A DNA stretch of 63,965 nucleotides, counting the filler, from Octopus bimaculoides (lineage: Eukaryota): the NCBI RefSeq assembly GCF_001194135.2. It is 5 parts of 5 records of this genome, joined end to end, with 100 filler letters (N's around TTAATTAATTAA, not from the genome) between each part and the next. Parts side by side here need not be neighbours in the genome. Positions count along the whole stretch, not along the records: positions 1 to 19,481 come from NW_026314128.1; 4 more parts are not named here. One strand, 5' to 3'. A program made the translations under genes and the position numbers. Under the pieces are notes generated by a model. That model saw only the letters and a list, made by a program, of their open reading frames with translations, had not been told where the DNA came from and made no database searches. Of this stretch, positions 1 through 12,032 are shown one piece after another. Position 1 is the stretch's first letter. Each line of letters begins with the position of its first letter.

Positions 1-109
1 ATATGTATATAAATGAAAAAAATGCATTGTAAATATTCAACGACAGATAAAAAAAAAACGTATACATATAAGAGACAGAGTCCCTAATTCTTCATCATTT
101 ATCAACCAG

Positions 110-169
110 AATGGTAATAGGCAGTTTGGCACCTTTAGTGATAAGGCTGAGAGGCTTCCCATCTTGGCG
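110..169 (+). CDS. Candidate internal exon (unverified)
   Basis: Acceptor tttatcaaccAG at 108-109 and donor GCG|GTAAAT at 170. The 60 nt are open as NGNRQFGTFSDKAERLPILA. It overlaps an inverted-repeat arm, so it could instead be a MITE. Confidence 0.25.
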
Positions 170-256
170 GTAAATTACATATTTTTATACTTTTCTATGT
201 CCATTGTGTCATTTCGTTTTGTTTGCTTGAGGCCCGATTCTCTTCGTCTTTCGCAG

Positions 257-312
257 GCACTGCCAAAATGGGAAGCCGCTCAGTCTTGGAAAAGCTGTTC
301 GAAAAGAGGAAG
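257..312 (+). CDS. Candidate exon (unverified)
   Basis: Strong polypyrimidine acceptor tctcttcgtctttcgcAG (255-256) and donor AAG|GTGAGG (313). All three frames are open (ALPKWEAAQSWKSCSKRG; or ATG at 268 in GCCAAAATGG context giving MGSRSVLEKLFEKRK). No homolog recognised. Confidence 0.35.
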
Positions 313-1125
313 GTGAGGAGTTCCATTTAATGGAAGAATTAAATAAACTGCATAGTTAGAAATAAAAGATGATGAAGTTGAGAAAGGTTGAAGATATTTA
401 GGGCGTAGAGTTATAATAGTGGGAGGAATTTGTAAGAAAATTGATATTCTGATGAGCCCTATATTCCTTTCCCACCATTTTCTTTATATTTCCCCCATTA
501 TTGTACCTCCCCGTATCACAAAACTGACCTACCCCCACCTGTCTTTTATTCCAACAAACCCTATAATCCATTAATCCTTTCGTTACCTACAATTCTTTTC
601 TTTAATATGCACCCTTCTGTTTCTGGGTCATTAACGTAAAAAATCCGTTAAACATTGGCTTCGATTTAATCGAACAAATCATTTCAAATTTCTGCTCATG
701 TTCATATGTTAGAAAGTTATATATAATCTGCACGTGCATACGTACATGATGTAATTGCTTGAAAGTCGTAAACAAGCTTCCGAGGATTATGTATCATGGA
801 ATATATATTATTCTATATATCTAGTTGACAGGAAAAGAACACGAATATGATTAAAATACCTTTTGAAGATCTCTTTGTTACAAAAGATCGGTATTCAATT
901 TTATTAACTAAATTTCAATTGCTAATTCCATAGTGAATGCTTGTGCGTGTGTGTTTAGGCCGATTAGAATCTAAACCCCATTTCAAGGAACGATATAAAA
1001 TTTGCTGGCGAATATATTTCTTCAGTAGAAGGATTTCTGTTTAAATTTAATCATTTCTACTTCGAGAATGTTATCTGTACATACGCTCTCGTAACGTTTA
1101 TACTCTTTCCGATGTGTAGCCGCGC

Positions 1126-1237
1126 ACACACACACACATTCACACACACATACACACACAAACACACATACACACACACTTACATGTACGCACACACATA
1201 CACTCAGGCACACGCACACACATACACACACACACGC
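1126..1237. repeat. (CA)n-rich microsatellite
   Basis: Direct reading; explains ORF 1022..1231. Confidence 0.95.
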
Positions 1238-2085
1238 ATAATGTTTAACCCTTTACTTTCGACTGTTCCCATAATTCTCAAGTAGAATTAGTGGTACAAT
1301 AAACCATTAGAATGGTCTCTACACAGTTTGAATCCACCAAATTTCACTCAAAAGGTACGGGTCAAGCAATGGCCAGGTTATAAAATCCATGCCCAATATA
1401 CCAAACGCTAGAATTGAACATTGAACTAGAATTGAACACGTTGTATTTGCCAAGAAACTTGACCCACTCGATTATGACTTCATCCATTTTCAATCATTTT
1501 GTCTCCACTGACACACGTGCCCATATGTTTACATACGCAAAATCACACTTTGTTTCTGACATCTATACATCTCTGTATATAGCAGCATGAACTGCACATG
1601 TGTGTATGCATGGTACGTAGTAGGCAACAGCATTAGAAGTACGCCTACATTAATATTTGTCGTACTCGTAAATCGCTTTCCTGGAGAAATTCTTACTTTC
1701 ATACAACAGGGTGTCTTTAAGGAGCCACTTTCTTCAGAGAATATTTCATCAAAGAGCTACAAGATGGATAACTTTTAGAACACCTTTGGCACAGATCTAA
1801 TGGTGGAATATCAAAGCTTCCAAAGATATGAGAGAATGCTTCTCTCACGGAACAGAGATTATATCAAAAACATAATCCTTAAATGGCTCTCTTAAGAAAG
1901 GTTATACACATAGACAGCGAATGCGCAATGCACCTGCACACACACGTATACAAGTTACTTGCGTGTATACAACATGGGCAATGTATATATGAGTGCGTGT
2001 GTGTATATATGTGCATATATTTACATATGTATATATATATGTATATATAGATATACATATATAGAATATACAGATTATTTATGTC

Positions 2086-2122
<37 letters not shown>

Positions 2123-2789
2123 CAAGTCATTTCTTTTTGCATGTTTTATGTACATTTTGCTCGTATATTATTTTTACCTCCTTATTTGCACACGCTCCAT
2201 TATAGCTACCGGCTCACAATTTTTGTCTCTCTGTTTCTGTCTCTCGATTTTTCTGTCTGTCCCCTTCTCTCTCACTCTTCACACACGCATGCATAATGAT
2301 ATAAGAAAGAAAAAGTCGAAGAAGACAGAAGTGAGAGGGGGGTGCGGCTAGTGAAACAAAACTACGTTCAACATGTACGAATATATGCATATATAAATAT
2401 TGACTTATCGACTGATATAGACATAGACATTTATGTGCTTCTGTCCAAATGTGTACGGTCAAACACACAGACGTATCTTTGTGTGCATGTTCGTTTGTGT
2501 ATACTTGTATAAAGACACAGAACTAAACGTTTACAAATTTCCTTCGCGGTCATGAATTACCAGTTTCGAACCGGTTGCGGTAACCCTTCAGTCAGGCCAT
2601 TTTATCATAGCCACGGAATAATGCATGAGAGTAATTTTAAGAGCATACTACGCATTGGGATACTGACACGCCACTTCACTAATTGGGTTAGGGTGATTGA
2701 AGTTATATTCGAAAGCGAATTTGAAATTATGCTGACAGCCATAAACGTATGTATGTCAGTGATTTTGTTGCTAAGAGACAAAGAAGCGA

Positions 2790-2890
2790 TGATCTTTATA
2801 CGATAGTCTTAGGTCTACCGAGCTCCTGTGGAGAAAACTGGTCTTACGGAAAATCTGGACGACCATTTGAGGCAATTTCAATTCATCCTT
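2790..2890 (+). mobile_element. Possible decayed Penelope-like GIY-YIG endonuclease fragment
   Basis: Translation LPSSCGENWSYGKSGRPFEAISIH loosely resembles the PCSCG..YIGETGR.L..R..EH motif. Confidence 0.25.
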
Positions 2891-3296
2891 GCTAAACTGT
2901 GTAGGTTTGTTCTGCTTGAGGATTACTAATTTGGGTTATGTGAGTTGATAAACGGTCTCTCTCTTTCTTTTTCTTTCCCCGTCCCATGGATTTAACACCT
3001 GTGCTTAGGACTCCAGTAAGCTGGACGACTTGAGCAAAGAGCAAACGCGCCAGATAAGACATTGCAAAGATTCTTTTTCTAAACTTTGTCGAGTCCCGAA
3101 AAACCTTTCCAATATTTGAAATCAAATATCTGAGAGAGGAAACAAATTCTTCGATGTATTCTACTCTATGTCTTGTGGAATTTTCCAGTCCTTTGTCATA
3201 TATGTGATTAACTATCGTGCTTTATATAACAGCATAATTAGTGTGTGCATGTATCAGGACTTATTCTTCGTAAGCCTAGTACTTATTCTATCGGTA

Positions 3297-3568
3297 TCTT
3301 TTGCCAAAACGCTTAGTTACGGGGACGTGAACACGCCAACATCTGTTATCAAGCAATGGTGGAGGGACAAACACAAACACACACAGAATATATATATATA
3401 TACATACGACGGACTTCTTTCAGTTTCCGTCTACCAAATCCACTCACAAGGCTTTGGTCGGCCCGAGGCTATAGTAGAAGAAACTTGTCCAAGGTGCCAC
3501 ACAGTGGGACTGAATCCGGAAGCATGTGGTTGGGAAGCAAGCTTCTTACCACACAGCCACGCCTGCGC
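3297..3568 (-). mobile_element. tRNA-derived SINE, OR-like (head + internal microsatellite + partial tail)
   Basis: Reverse complement GGCTGTGTGGTAAGAAGCTTGCTTCCCAACCAC...CCTCGGGCCGACCAAAGCCTTGTGAGTGGATTTGGTAGACGGAAACTGAAAGAAG is shared with many copies in the window. Confidence 0.9.
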
Positions 3569-3569
3569 C

Positions 3570-3619
<50 letters not shown>

Positions 3620-4335
3620 GAAAGAGTGATGGATAAATTGATAGTCATAAAGATTGATGCATACAATAACAAACACCTTACTCTACTTTGTTTATCAGCG
3701 TTATTCGAAGATTGTCTACATCAAGTGATTTCTTTTTAATTTTTGCTCAGTGCAAGTGATTCTTTAGAAAATTTCATCTACAACCGTTATATGCTTTTAA
3801 CTGTCTCATTCAATGTGTCCGCTTTGTCTTTGAAGAATTGGGAACTGTTCAAAAATAGTTTGAAAATATCTATCACTTCAAATATAGTGACTGTAGCTAA
3901 GTAATATTTGGCAAATCTTGAAATGTTATTTAAACTTATCTAATGCTGTCTTTAATTACATTTTCATTTTATTGCCGCAAACTGATTCTCCCTTCTAATC
4001 TGTTTTACATGTGTATATTCACCCTTAGGTGAATTCTTCCAGAATATCATCTTTACCTACATGTCCTACGTAATTCATATTTTTGCAAATATATAGATAC
4101 ATACATGCGTACATATATATAAGTACGTGTATATACACACATATATATATTGTTAAAGGGATAAATCTTACAAACAACCGAGAAAAACGTTTGGAGATTG
4201 GGCTGATTAGCTTTTAATTAACACTTTGATGTTATGGGTTCAGTGATATAGTAGGCATTTTCAGTTTGGCTGAATTACAACAATGCATTAGATTCTGTTC
4301 GTTAATTAAGGATGGTAGAGGCTCTTCGATTTGCT

Positions 4336-4427
4336 AAATTTCCAGATGCCTTAATGAAAGCCAGTGAAGATAAGTGTAGAAAGTTATTGCTCTTTCTCTC
4401 TCTCCGAAACGCCCGGGTGTATATTTC
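4336..4427 (+). ncRNA. Degenerate hammerhead-ribozyme-like motif
   Basis: GTGAAGA (CUGANGA with C3 changed) ... CC-GAAA-CGCCCGGGTG-T-A. Stem III is near-palindromic (ACGCCCGGGCGT with one C>T), cleavage triplet GUA, stem I weak. Confidence 0.3.
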
Positions 4428-5122
4428 AAATAGGTATTCTCGTGGTAATGATGCTTATCCTTGTATGAAACCTTTATTGCTGATGAAACTTGAAGAATAC
4501 GCTATTTGATCACCAGAAGAGAAACACCAATCCGAAAGCACGGAAACACCAACCTGAAGGCAAGGAGAGAAACACCATTCTGAAGCAAGACTTCATTGTT
4601 GGAGACCTACTGAATCTGCGTCCGAAAATATGAATGATATGAAAGAGAGCTTTCACCGAGTCACTAAATATTTTCAAAGCATATAAAAATATAAAAAGTA
4701 GGATTACTCAAAGTGAAGATTCGTGTCTCAGCGTAAAACAAAAGCGTTCTAAAGGACAGATTAACAACACGTCGATTTGCCTTACTATTTCTCGTGTATG
4801 ATAATATCAGTTCCACTGAAACACTATCCAAAAGACTTGAAGCAGTTCTTGTCAGTGGCAGTAATTCAGTGAAAATATCTGGAAGATTACCAAATGTATA
4901 TTTGTTGGTTTACACTGTAAAGAAGTAAGAATGAGTTTCATGTTTCGACGGCTGTCGAAACATGAGATCGGTAATAGATCCGTGGTATTTTATGAGATGC
5001 ATGGAATTGAAGAAACGGTGGTGGGTGTACGTTGGTAATATATTAAAAAAAAATAAATAAAAGAGAGTTCTAGAATACTGTGTATGCGTAGGGCGTTGTT
5101 AATATGATGATACCTGCTTAAG

Positions 5123-5330
5123 TACGAGGTTCATTCTAGAAGTGTTCAAACTTTCTCGTGAGAGATGTTTATTAATTTCAAAGTACAAAACTCTAATAGC
5201 ATTCAAAGAAGGGTCTTCCGACTTCAATGTATTTGCTGTAGTGAACCAGCCACCTCATGAACGCCCTATGGAGGTCCTCCTAAGTCAAGATATGCAGAAC
5301 CCTTGTCACAGCTTTTACTTCCGGCAGCAA
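5123..5330 (-). mobile_element. Mariner transposon 3' end fragment
   Basis: TIR-like TACGAGGTTCATTCTAGAAGT at 5123. Minus-strand translation EDLHRAFMRWLVHYSKYIEVGRPFFE resembles the mariner C-terminus (W..RY.KCI...GDYFE). Confidence 0.65.
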
Positions 5331-6306
5331 ATTAGAGCTAGTATAACTGGAAGTTCATTAAATATTTTAACCTCCCAACTACAATTTTATGCTATTACGA
5401 TCTTCTGGAAAGAACTTATATGACTCGGACTGGTGATAGCTTTCCTTTTGTAGTTGGTGTGAATTTGGTTTGCTCTTTTCGTCTATCGATTGTCTATGAG
5501 TTTATGTCTCTTCATTGGACGATTTAGCGACTTCAGGTTTACTTTCTTCAAGTTTGTTTATTTCGTGTTTTTATTAGATTGTTTCTTTACTTTATGTTCT
5601 CCTCAAATTTGGATTAAATGGGTTGTGCGTGTCATATGTAAATATTCCTGATTAGAATGGTATGATGTGGCTAATGAGAAGTGTAATTTGGTCAAATCTA
5701 GACGATATAAAAAACTGAATGTTTGTATATTTCGATGCTGTTGGGGGGAGGGTATTTAGAGTACTGCATTTGTTTACGTGGTTTATTTATTATTGCTGTT
5801 AATACTCGTGAGTTAGCTTAACACATATCCCGCCTCCTATCATCAGGGAACAACAAAAATTGATACGGCTAAGAAATCATTAAGCAGGTGCCCAATTATT
5901 TTAGCTGATCGCTCTCAAATGTGTGTATGTGTGTATATGTGTATATGTGTGTATATGTGTGTATATGTGTACATGTGTATATGTATGTGTATGTACATGT
6001 GTGTGTATAATACAGACGTTCCTACACTGTGACCACTGCGTTTCCAAAAACGTTGCACTCCTTTATGTTTATTACTGAATAAATTTTACCCCCAAAACCG
6101 TTCGCACAATAAACAATTTGCTGATAAAGATTAGCCATATTCTAGCAGTAGGTATGTTGCATTTCTTAACATTTTCTTTCTTTTAGACTACTACTATCAC
6201 TAAATCGGAAACCTCGTCTCTTTTCCTCTCTTCGTAATGCATGTGTGTTTGCTTGTTTTTGTGTGTGCACGTATGTGTGTGTCTCTATGTGAGTTACAGA
6301 TAGTGT

Positions 6307-6309
<3 letters not shown>

Positions 6310-6366
<57 letters not shown>
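6310..6366. repeat. (GA)n microsatellite
   Basis: Direct reading. Confidence 0.97.
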
Positions 6367-7559
6367 AGCTATATATTTCGATAAACTGATGGAAAAATAT
6401 GATATATAATTTATATACTCTATCAATATATCAATGTATAGGTAGAGGCACCAGCATTCTCTTTATGAGTCCAGTCCTTTCATGTATTTAGCGATGTTAT
6501 TAACAAAAGTTTATGGCAGAGGTTTCAATAACGAGCGTCTTATCTCGATAAAATGATAACCGATGATATATCCCAACATAATCTCTTAATCCGTTTACGC
6601 TTTCATAATATTTGGCACGACAATAGAAAGGATTAAGTCATTCAAACGATAGGTACTGTCGTAAACAGATAATATCACCATAATACGGAAATATTTCGAT
6701 TAACTTATTATTGTGCCCTCTCTACCCCACCCCAATAAGTACCATATATTATTGTACATGTTTCTACACTTTATTTACACGCACGCACATACGCAGACAT
6801 AAGTATGTGTAATTCCTACAATACATATTTTGCAAATACATAATAAATATTTAGCGCGCACACACACACACACATACATACATACATACATACATACATA
6901 CATACAAATACAACACATACACTCACGCAAGCACGCACACACACATGCATTAATACATGTATACATACATATAATTATGTATGTATGTACAGACTAACAC
7001 TGATAAACTAAGACTTAGTTGTAAGTTTGGAAATTTCAAGTAGATTGTTTCTATATATATGAATGTGTGCTTGGCCCCTGTGTGTGGCGATATGCGTCTG
7101 TGTTAACATATCTCAGGTAAGAAGTTCTGTGTAACCATCTATTTCAAGTCGTTAGAAAGTTGAATGCCATGTTTCTCAACATTTGTTCCATCCTACTATA
7201 CTTAGTTCAAATTGTTTTCGTGGTTAGTAGAATTGATCCGTCGCTAGTTTTAACAGTGCCACCTAACTCTTGAGAGCCTTTGCAAAAATTCCGTCTCGGT
7301 TGAATCAAATACAAATTGACCAAGAAGACACAGGCAGAGGAAAATCTTATGGTTCAAACCACCTTATAGTAATGACGGTATCACACTCAATAACAACACT
7401 GAATGTTTTAACAAATTCTAAGTTATTTCGGATTCTTGATATAGAACATTAATACGCAAATTTCCTGGTAATTGGCACTTTACAGAGTATCACTTGTTCA
7501 CCACTGAGTTCCAGTCATCTCCATGATATGAGATGAAGAAACTTACTCTTTCTACAGGA

Positions 7560-8330
7560 ACACCAAAAGTTATCTGTGAACAAGGAGTCTGCAGCATATT
7601 GCCATATGATTTATCGACTGCCCTAGGCTCAACAATAAAAACTAAATAATTGCACCAAATCCACATATTCTATTCCTCACTATCTTAACCAAGTTAGATA
7701 AATGTATATTGAAAGAATTGTGTACAACGACGGAGAAAGTTGTCTCCTTCATAAGGATAAACAGGAACTGACTGCATCCATTACGTACTTTCCTTCCCGT
7801 TTGCAAGCAAAAGAGAAACGAAGAGAAGGGAAATAAATTGAGTAATGCTGTAGGAATGATGTAGATCAAAATTAATTCTTTAAAAGTATTTCCTACATTT
7901 ACTGATTCCCAAGAACAGTTCATTTTGGAATTAGGTAGTGTATTTCACGTCGTTATGTATTAGAATTAGGAGAAATGGTTTGTGGAGGTCGCAGCCTTAC
8001 GTTTTTATAATGAACGTTTCATAATTAAATATAAGTTTCGGAATGAGAAATATAATACAAGTTGTAGTATACTTAGAGAAATAACGTTTCGTTATTTTAG
8101 CTCCGAGTCAAACACATGGGAATCACTTATCAAAAACCATTGAGATCGCAGTTAACGAGCTAAGTTTTGTGTTTTACTCTAATGATACTACATCATTGTA
8201 TTGCAGATCAATGTGGATATAATGCAACTTTGAAGCCAGTGGAATATGTAAAAGGAGAAACTGGGGTTGAATTTCGGTCAACTTTCCTTAAGTAAATTGG
8301 TTTAAGATGAAAATAGTTTTATACTTTGCT
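7560..8330 (+). mobile_element. Heavily decayed hAT (Charlie-like) transposase fossil
   Basis: Frame-broken peptides YCHMIYRL (cf. HCMIHR), EKVVSFIR (cf. VKVVNFIK) and LQINVDIMQL...KEKLGL (cf. LQG....I..L...FK.KL.LW) occur in the correct order. Confidence 0.35.
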
Positions 8331-8901
8331 GAAATTGGATAGTCTCTACCCACTTGACTACATGTTTTGCAAAGAGAAACCAACAAAAGTCGTGCAATAT
8401 ATCATTAATAGTTTTTCTCATTATTTTCTCTAAAACTCTAGTCTGAAGATCTGTAGTAGAAAGCGTTATCGAATATTTTATAAACCGAAACCTTAGGATT
8501 TTTCTCTCCTGACCTCTGTCAGAGAGAGGAAAGATGACTTACGCGGTAGGACAGTAATTTGAAGGTGTGGAATTATATGGTTTCCTTCTGTTATATTTAG
8601 CATTCAAATCCTTGTCACATTTACACTAATTCTCAATGCAACATCTCGATAACCTAAATAAATACCTGAAATACAGAAAATTGTTTCAATCGAATATCTC
8701 AGCTTTAATAATCTATACAAAAATTCCCCCTGAACATGTCAATCCTCTACGTATCTGCATTTTACATACCTGATCTGTAGATGGAAACAAAGTCTCGACA
8801 TATACGCTGCGTATAAATGCCACCTATATAAATTTATATTACTTACATATACAGGCACGTGCGTAGCTGTGTGGTAGGATGTTTTCCGCTGTATATATAC
8901 A

Positions 8902-9049
8902 TATACGACAAGCTTCTTTCAGTTTCCCTCTACCAAATCCACTCAAGCTTTGATCGGCCCGTGGCTATAGTAAGGTGCTGCACAGTGAGACTGAAACCGG
9001 AATCATGTGGTTGGGAAGCAAGCTTCTTACCACACAGCCACGCCTACGC
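8902..9049 (-). mobile_element. OR-like SINE head/body
   Basis: Colinear similarity to the 3403-3568 copy. Confidence 0.88.
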
Positions 9050-9065
9050 CTATGTGTGTGTGTGT

Positions 9066-9215
9066 TTGTTCTTGAGCAAGACACTTTATTTCACGTTGCT
9101 CCAGTTAACTCAGCTATATCGTCCTTTGCCGTTCCCTTGGATAACATAAGTGATGTGGAGAGGGGAGGCTTGTATGCATGGACGACTGCTGACCTTCCAC
9201 AAACAATCTTGCCTG
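9066..9215 (+). mobile_element. SINE fragment with CORE-like segment (CTTGAGCAAGACACTTTATTTCAC family)
   Basis: Colinear with 29100-29290. Confidence 0.8.
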
Positions 9216-9997
9216 TATATATATAAATACACACGAATATATATTATTCACACACGCACACACACACACACATGATTATAGGTGCATATATGTGCGAACA
9301 GGAAACTATAAAGATGCACAAACGTGCACACCGGCCCATTGCTGAAGCACACTTTCTGTGCTTCCCTTGAGGTTCTCTCACGTTTTATCGTAAATAACAC
9401 ATTAATAATTGTTTAATTTGTGAAAAGAATTTCACTCTGAGATAAACCTTAAAATTCATTGAAGGAAACACTTGAAACCTGGAAACTGAAGTGATTACGT
9501 GTGAACAATGGCGAAAGCTACGAGGATATCTTGTTATTTAAATAACGATGTGCAAGATAGTTGCCTAATGCATTAATCTTTGGACGTGAAAACATAAATC
9601 TGTTGGGCATATAAATTATAGCTTATTTAACAGAATAAAGGATTTGTTTGCAACAGAAGATTTTTCAAAACACGCAAATTCTGCAGTTCAGTATCGCAGA
9701 ATTAGCTGTGAACATCTAAATGCTAATTAGTTTTCTTAATATTTTATTTATATAAGTCTGCGTGTATGCATATATACCTGAGCGCCTTTGTGTTTATATA
9801 TATATATATATATATATATAATATCATTATTATCAATAGCCACAGAAACATTACAACTTCCAAAAGGTAATCGTTATCATATTCAAGTTTAAATTGAACC
9901 TTTTTTCACGTTATTTAAATCTGCTTTATTCAGAATAGTTAAAGATTACATAAAAATTCAATAGTTTGATTATACTTGACAAAAATAAGTGACACGT

Positions 9998-10043
9998 TAG
10001 TCCACTTTATGGTAGTACACTTTATGGTAGTCCACTTTATGGT
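9998..10043. repeat. 15-bp tandem repeat x3 (TAGTCCACTTTATGG)
   Basis: Units at 9998, 10013 (one mismatch) and 10028. Confidence 0.95.
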
Positions 10044-10407
10044 GCCAACGAACAAAATTGAAAATGCGATGCCGGATGATGGCAACGGCATGAGAGGTAA
10101 AGGAAGGATTTACACCGGGGGGGGGGGGGCTAGAACGCCGGAGGCCTCTACTGGCGCAGGTTCGACCACGACCCTGTCTGAGAGCGTCCAGTAGTTTGAC
10201 AGTTTGCCATAATGAGCCTGAGGTGCAGCAAAGCCTGGGATGGCAGCTGAACACACCGAGTTGCTGCTGGAGTTATTAAAAAATAATTAAAATCGACAGA
10301 GGCAGGATTAATACCAAAGAGCAATCTTTGTCTCGAAACTAATGTGGAGATCATGTTGGGAACTTCAATACTGCGTTATCTATCATGAGAAAATCTCTCA
10401 CATGGTA

Positions 10408-10510
10408 ACAAGCGTGGCTTTGTGGTAAGAAGCTTGCTTCCCAGCCATGTGGTTTCGGGTTCAGTCCCAGTGTGTGGAATCTTGGGCAAATGTCTTCTAG
10501 TATAACCAAG
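10408..10510 (+). mobile_element. OR-like SINE 5' part
   Basis: GTGGTAAGAAGCTTGCTTCCCAGCC...GGGTTCAGTCCC (A/B-box-like head). Confidence 0.85.
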
Positions 10511-10542
<32 letters not shown>

Positions 10543-11175
10543 GAGAAAGGAAGGGAGAGATAGACTATGTGTGTGTATATAAATCATCTGGAAAAAAATT
10601 GAATTAATCTCTCTCGGGTTCGATGATTGATATTTCTGATTGCTCAATGAACAAGTCTCTGCAAATTTCATCATATTGAGCAAACATCAACGTGGAACTG
10701 TGTGTGATATGAGTGATCCATTGAATAACAATTGCAGGTCATTAACTCACAACAATGTGAGTTTGCCTATTACACCACACAGCGGAATCGATCTCTGGGT
10801 CTGGCAACTGCGAATCGAACAACTTAACGACTTGGCCATTCATTGAACCAAGATATAGATTATCTGATATCACTTATCTAGCGTGAATTTATATTATTGG
10901 AGAGAATAGAATAGTTCTAGCTGGTGTTTCTAGGAAAACAAGTGACAAACTAGACGTTCTAGTGTTGTTTCTATTTTACACAATTGGATTCTTTCAGACT
11001 GTTTCAGTTATCTTAAACGTGTAGAATATGAAAACAATAGGGGGATAGGTGGCATGGTAGAGTAATGTGCTGCTTGGAAGCGAAGTACTCCATAGCTTGT
11101 TGCCTCCTTATCTTTTCAAAAATACAAGCAGAAAAAGAAATTAAATGTGTAAATGAGCAGTCGAAGGGACAGATC

Positions 11176-11214
<39 letters not shown>

Positions 11215-11991
11215 CACACATACATACAAACATATATACATACAAACATATATACATACATGCATATATATATCAATATATATNNNNNNNNNNAAAAATG
11301 AAAAGCTTTCGACTCCTCGTATCTCTTGGCTCATCGCTCTATTTCCTGTTTTCAATTTTTGCTTTACTATTTTGTTAAGTTAGAATATCTTCAATATTTT
11401 CCCGCTTCAGTAAACAGTCTTCATTCTTATTGTTGTTTCATAAAGGGCAGCAGAAAAGCAGCAGCAGTAGCTACTACAGTCTATCTTTATGTTTTCTTCA
11501 ACAGAATGCCCACTAATAAAGCTTCACCTTTCCATACGTAACATCAGTCTCTCGCAATAAACATAATACACGTTAAAGTTTTTCTGTCCAGCTGACTTTA
11601 TCCTGTGGTATTATCTCTGTCAACTGACTTCCTTTTACTTTTGTTATCGTGTTATTCTTTTTGTTGTTTTGTTGTACTTCTATTTCTCCATTCTTTTTCC
11701 TTTCTTTTATTTCCAAAATTCTTCTCAATTGCAACAATGACATTGTGTCAGGGGGAATTTTGCAGACGAATTTATGCAAAACGTATAGTATCAATGCATT
11801 ACTATCCTTCATCGTACGTGAGTGTATGCATGAATGAATGTGTATTTGTACGTGTATATGTGCGTGTATACACACACGCACACACACACACACATATACA
11901 GGAATGCATATCGCTTTCTCCATAGACATGCGCATGTCTGTGTGTGCTTATATATATATATATATATATATAAATATATGATATATAATAC

Positions 11992-12032
<41 letters not shown>

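Noticed and set aside
8207-8291. Apparent exon QCGYNATLKPVEYVKGETGVEFRSTFL with good splice sites
   Set aside because: Another frame fits the surrounding decayed hAT transposase, so it is likely coincidental (not fully excluded).
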